Of a stretch of 64,000 nt of DNA, positions 62,901 to 64,000 are shown piece by piece; position 1 is the stretch's first letter, and every line of letters starts with the position of its first letter. The stretch is from Balamuthia mandrillaris (lineage: Eukaryota). The stretch spans positions 1-64,000 of the forward strand of contig JAVKOQ020000116.1 of assembly GCA_031835245.2 (NCBI GenBank). Reading direction: 5' to 3'. The translations under genes were made by a program, and so were the position numbers. Under the pieces are notes generated by a model. It did not search any database. It saw only the letters and a program-made list of their open reading frames with translations, and was not told where the DNA came from.

Positions 62901-63465
62901 GAAGTTGCAGGAGAGGCTGAGGAGAATCACTCTGGCCGAAAAGACGCAGTCCGCGTCCAAATTGGGCGAGGAGGAAGAAGCGAAGAAGCAGGAAGAAGAG
63001 ATAGTCAAGACAGAAGAAGAAACAAGTAAACAGGAAGAGGAAGAAAGCACCGCCAACAAAGCCGAAGAACCCAGCAATGATGAAGGTAAAGGCAAAGAAG
63101 ACGGAGAAGGAGAAGAAGTAAATAAAGAAAGCGACGACGAAAGTAGCAGCGAAGAAGAGGAAGAGGGAGAAGGAGAAAACCAGCACTCTTCCTCAACTGT
63201 TGAGAGCAGCAGTAGCAGCGAGGAGGAGGAAGAGAGAGAAGACGAAAAGGAAGAGAGAGAAGACGAGAATGAGGAACAGAAGGAGAAAGAGCCGGAACAA
63301 GAAGCCAAGGCTCAAGAGGAGGATGACAGCGAAAACAGTAGCAGCAGCAGCGAATCCGAAGAAGAGGAGGAGGAGGAGGAGGAGGAGGAAGAGGAGGATA
63401 GCCAAGCCTCAACCAAAGACGAAGAGGAAGAAAGCTCCTCCTCTTCGTCTTCCGACAGCGACTGA
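59917..63465 (+). CDS. Large intronless charged/low-complexity protein with polyproline tracts and WH2-like actin-binding motifs
   Basis: 1182-aa ORF with E/K/R helical repeats. GGAPPPPP repeats are followed by LLAGLGNVQLKKT and VLAALSSVKLKKV. Confidence 0.75.
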   Translation: MDGSGKLKKEHKKKKPKEKEREKDEKKATKKKEKTKKFHSVGKSKGSEIQPELDLKRATNGKKEKEKVKSPKGRSSNNQSSSSPASSSPSSKKKERGTVREKNRATSSGQHHSSSKGGSKVKDKKAATISAAFGKKLKAATGDKKKKKKDKEQTSLASARSKEEKDQKEREEREREEKERQEKERKREKKERKEAEKKAAAAEAARKKKEEEEAAARRKAESSSDSSSSSSSESESEEEDKGAASSNRKEGTSTEREDAQEENQQEREVQQQQQSEPEEEEQHKVVEEPAHTTNGHVSDEDKSEDDGDDDEQSTTEKATEEEQAEEQKESESEESEDDKTEEDIEAHANANGEVEQKEEEEKEGEEKSTVEDTESKKETEVCQLVKAKEEEKQEEDVTETNMLTEEADGSVKEEQSEAEDVKEEEKEQKDKESAEPEQRDDEEDSTSEESSSSSEDEDEKGEEKEKEEAEARAKVEQEKKEKAEREEQERLRKENEEREKKEREERERKEQEERERKERQERERKEQEERARKEREEKEEAEQREREDKERKEKEEKERKEKEEREKALSKEEKVKKPATKGSDGTKKKKKKKAGTTIVVDRKEEAKKRKAASSSKRRSIALWNPSNSSSSIGSAASGSQISTRKEKRIASLGTDDLKGLKTFVEKTDNELKEVVAGKKGAEDEAQLLSAESKALAKLWEGLCPYVKVFCSSAGNCLRSADRLCIGSEEPNVTALKRATEAMANLMREMDPKATPAGPGAPLMAAAAPPPPMGGAPPPPMGAPPPPPSGGGAPPPPPGAGPPPPPPTGGAPLKIAGGLAALKRPSSGSAPPKPAPAAAPPSLGNLLAGLGNVQLKKTTPNTNNTNNNNGTSTSDSGPGFSAVLAALSSVKLKKVSTGPPPEEKKNQPEEKGVLSFPKLRATRAEHDQQADSSSSPSTSSSARESGSGNSFGVHLLKRHGTGSGSLQASHLRRRATAPDKGEVQGGSPPPMNEVEQKLQERLRRITLAEKTQSASKLGEEEEAKKQEEEIVKTEEETSKQEEEESTANKAEEPSNDEGKGKEDGEGEEVNKESDDESSSEEEEEGEGENQHSSSTVESSSSSEEEEEREDEKEEREDENEEQKEKEPEQEAKAQEEDDSENSSSSSESEEEEEEEEEEEEEDSQASTKDEEEESSSSSSSDSD

Positions 63466-63680
63466 AACGCAGAGTCCAACATTATGCCTCCTCAGAGGTT
63501 TCGTAAAACATAATAAAAATATGCGAGGGTCCCTTGAAAAATGTCGGCACAAATTATTAAAATTTAGATTTCCAAGAAAAAATATTATTTATTGGAGCGC
63601 CAGTGTAGAGTGTGTCTCTGCCGGTACGCGAGGGCAAGATCAAGCAACACGCACTGCGACAACACACAGTCTCTCTGGGC

Positions 63681-64000
63681 ATGGATAGCCTGTACACCAA
63701 ACCGCCCAGAGAAGTGGCGCCTTGTTCCCTCTTTCTGGAAGAGGGGGATCAGCAAATTATGGACGACGAGCGGTTGGAAAAAGACCCAGTGTCGTGGGTG
63801 AACCGCAAGGTGGCGGTCTTGCCTCGGTCGGAAGTGGAGGTGTTGGTCCATCGCCAGTTCCCTATGCATCGCTGGTATGGTGAAACCGAATGGGGTTTCG
63901 TTTGCGCTTTTCAAGGCAGAGCAGTGGGTAAGAAACGTGTTCGATCGAAGAAGCCCGAAGCGCTACCCACCGCCGAGCCGCTACCTGGAACCACCGTCTA
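63681..64000 (+). CDS. Possible 5' end of a gene running off the window
   Basis: ATG 63681 opens a stop-free frame (MDSLYTKPPREVAP...) to the window end; no domain recognised. Confidence 0.3.
   Translation, partial: MDSLYTKPPREVAPCSLFLEEGDQQIMDDERLEKDPVSWVNRKVAVLPRSEVEVLVHRQFPMHRWYGETEWGFVCAFQGRAVGKKRVRSKKPEALPTAEPLPGTTV

Noticed and set aside
60030..63412. Long antisense ORFs (also over 3.1-3.7, 5.7-6.5, 13.1-13.6 and 20.8-21.9 kb)
   Set aside because: Shadows of low-complexity coding sequence or microsatellites, giving poly-S/F/L/RE translations.
18207..63465. RhoGEF, Rac, atypical Rho and WH2 protein as a functional cluster
   Set aside because: They are separated by unrelated genes, and these families are large in amoeboid genomes, so chance suffices.

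Overview
Intron-rich, microsatellite-rich eukaryotic genomic DNA. Gene content and intron style suggest a free-living amoeba (Amoebozoa); this is inference, not proven. The window has two compartments. (A) About 1-11.5 kb looks accessory. It holds a large spliced gene of unknown function, then a three-exon gene fusing a tyrosine recombinase (catalytic R-K-HxxR-W-Y all visible) to a C-terminal telobox-like Myb/SANT domain; this copy has one in-frame TGA. After that come an orphan chromodomain exon pair and an AT-rich tract containing a GC-rich inverted repeat. I read this as part of a Crypton/Starship-like tyrosine-recombinase mobile element whose left end lies outside the window. (B) About 11.5-64 kb is a densely packed host gene array: two histidine phosphatases, a GT2-like protein, an SCCPDH-like oxidoreductase, a RhoGEF, a RING-H2 ligase, an LRR+SAPS protein, a bacterial-looking GPI-anchored enzyme, Rac, CDP-DAG synthase, SMYD5-like, PepD, RBM48, a tandem pair of small membrane proteins, an Air1/ZCCHC7-like zinc-knuckle protein, an atypical Rho, TBC1D9-like, steroid 5-alpha-reductase and a WH2/polyproline protein. 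An unassigned, highly structured ~260-310 nt ncRNA candidate sits at 30.75-31.06 kb, and a palindromic motif TRTCGAYA recurs upstream of several genes. Gene spans include introns; exon boundaries were read by eye.
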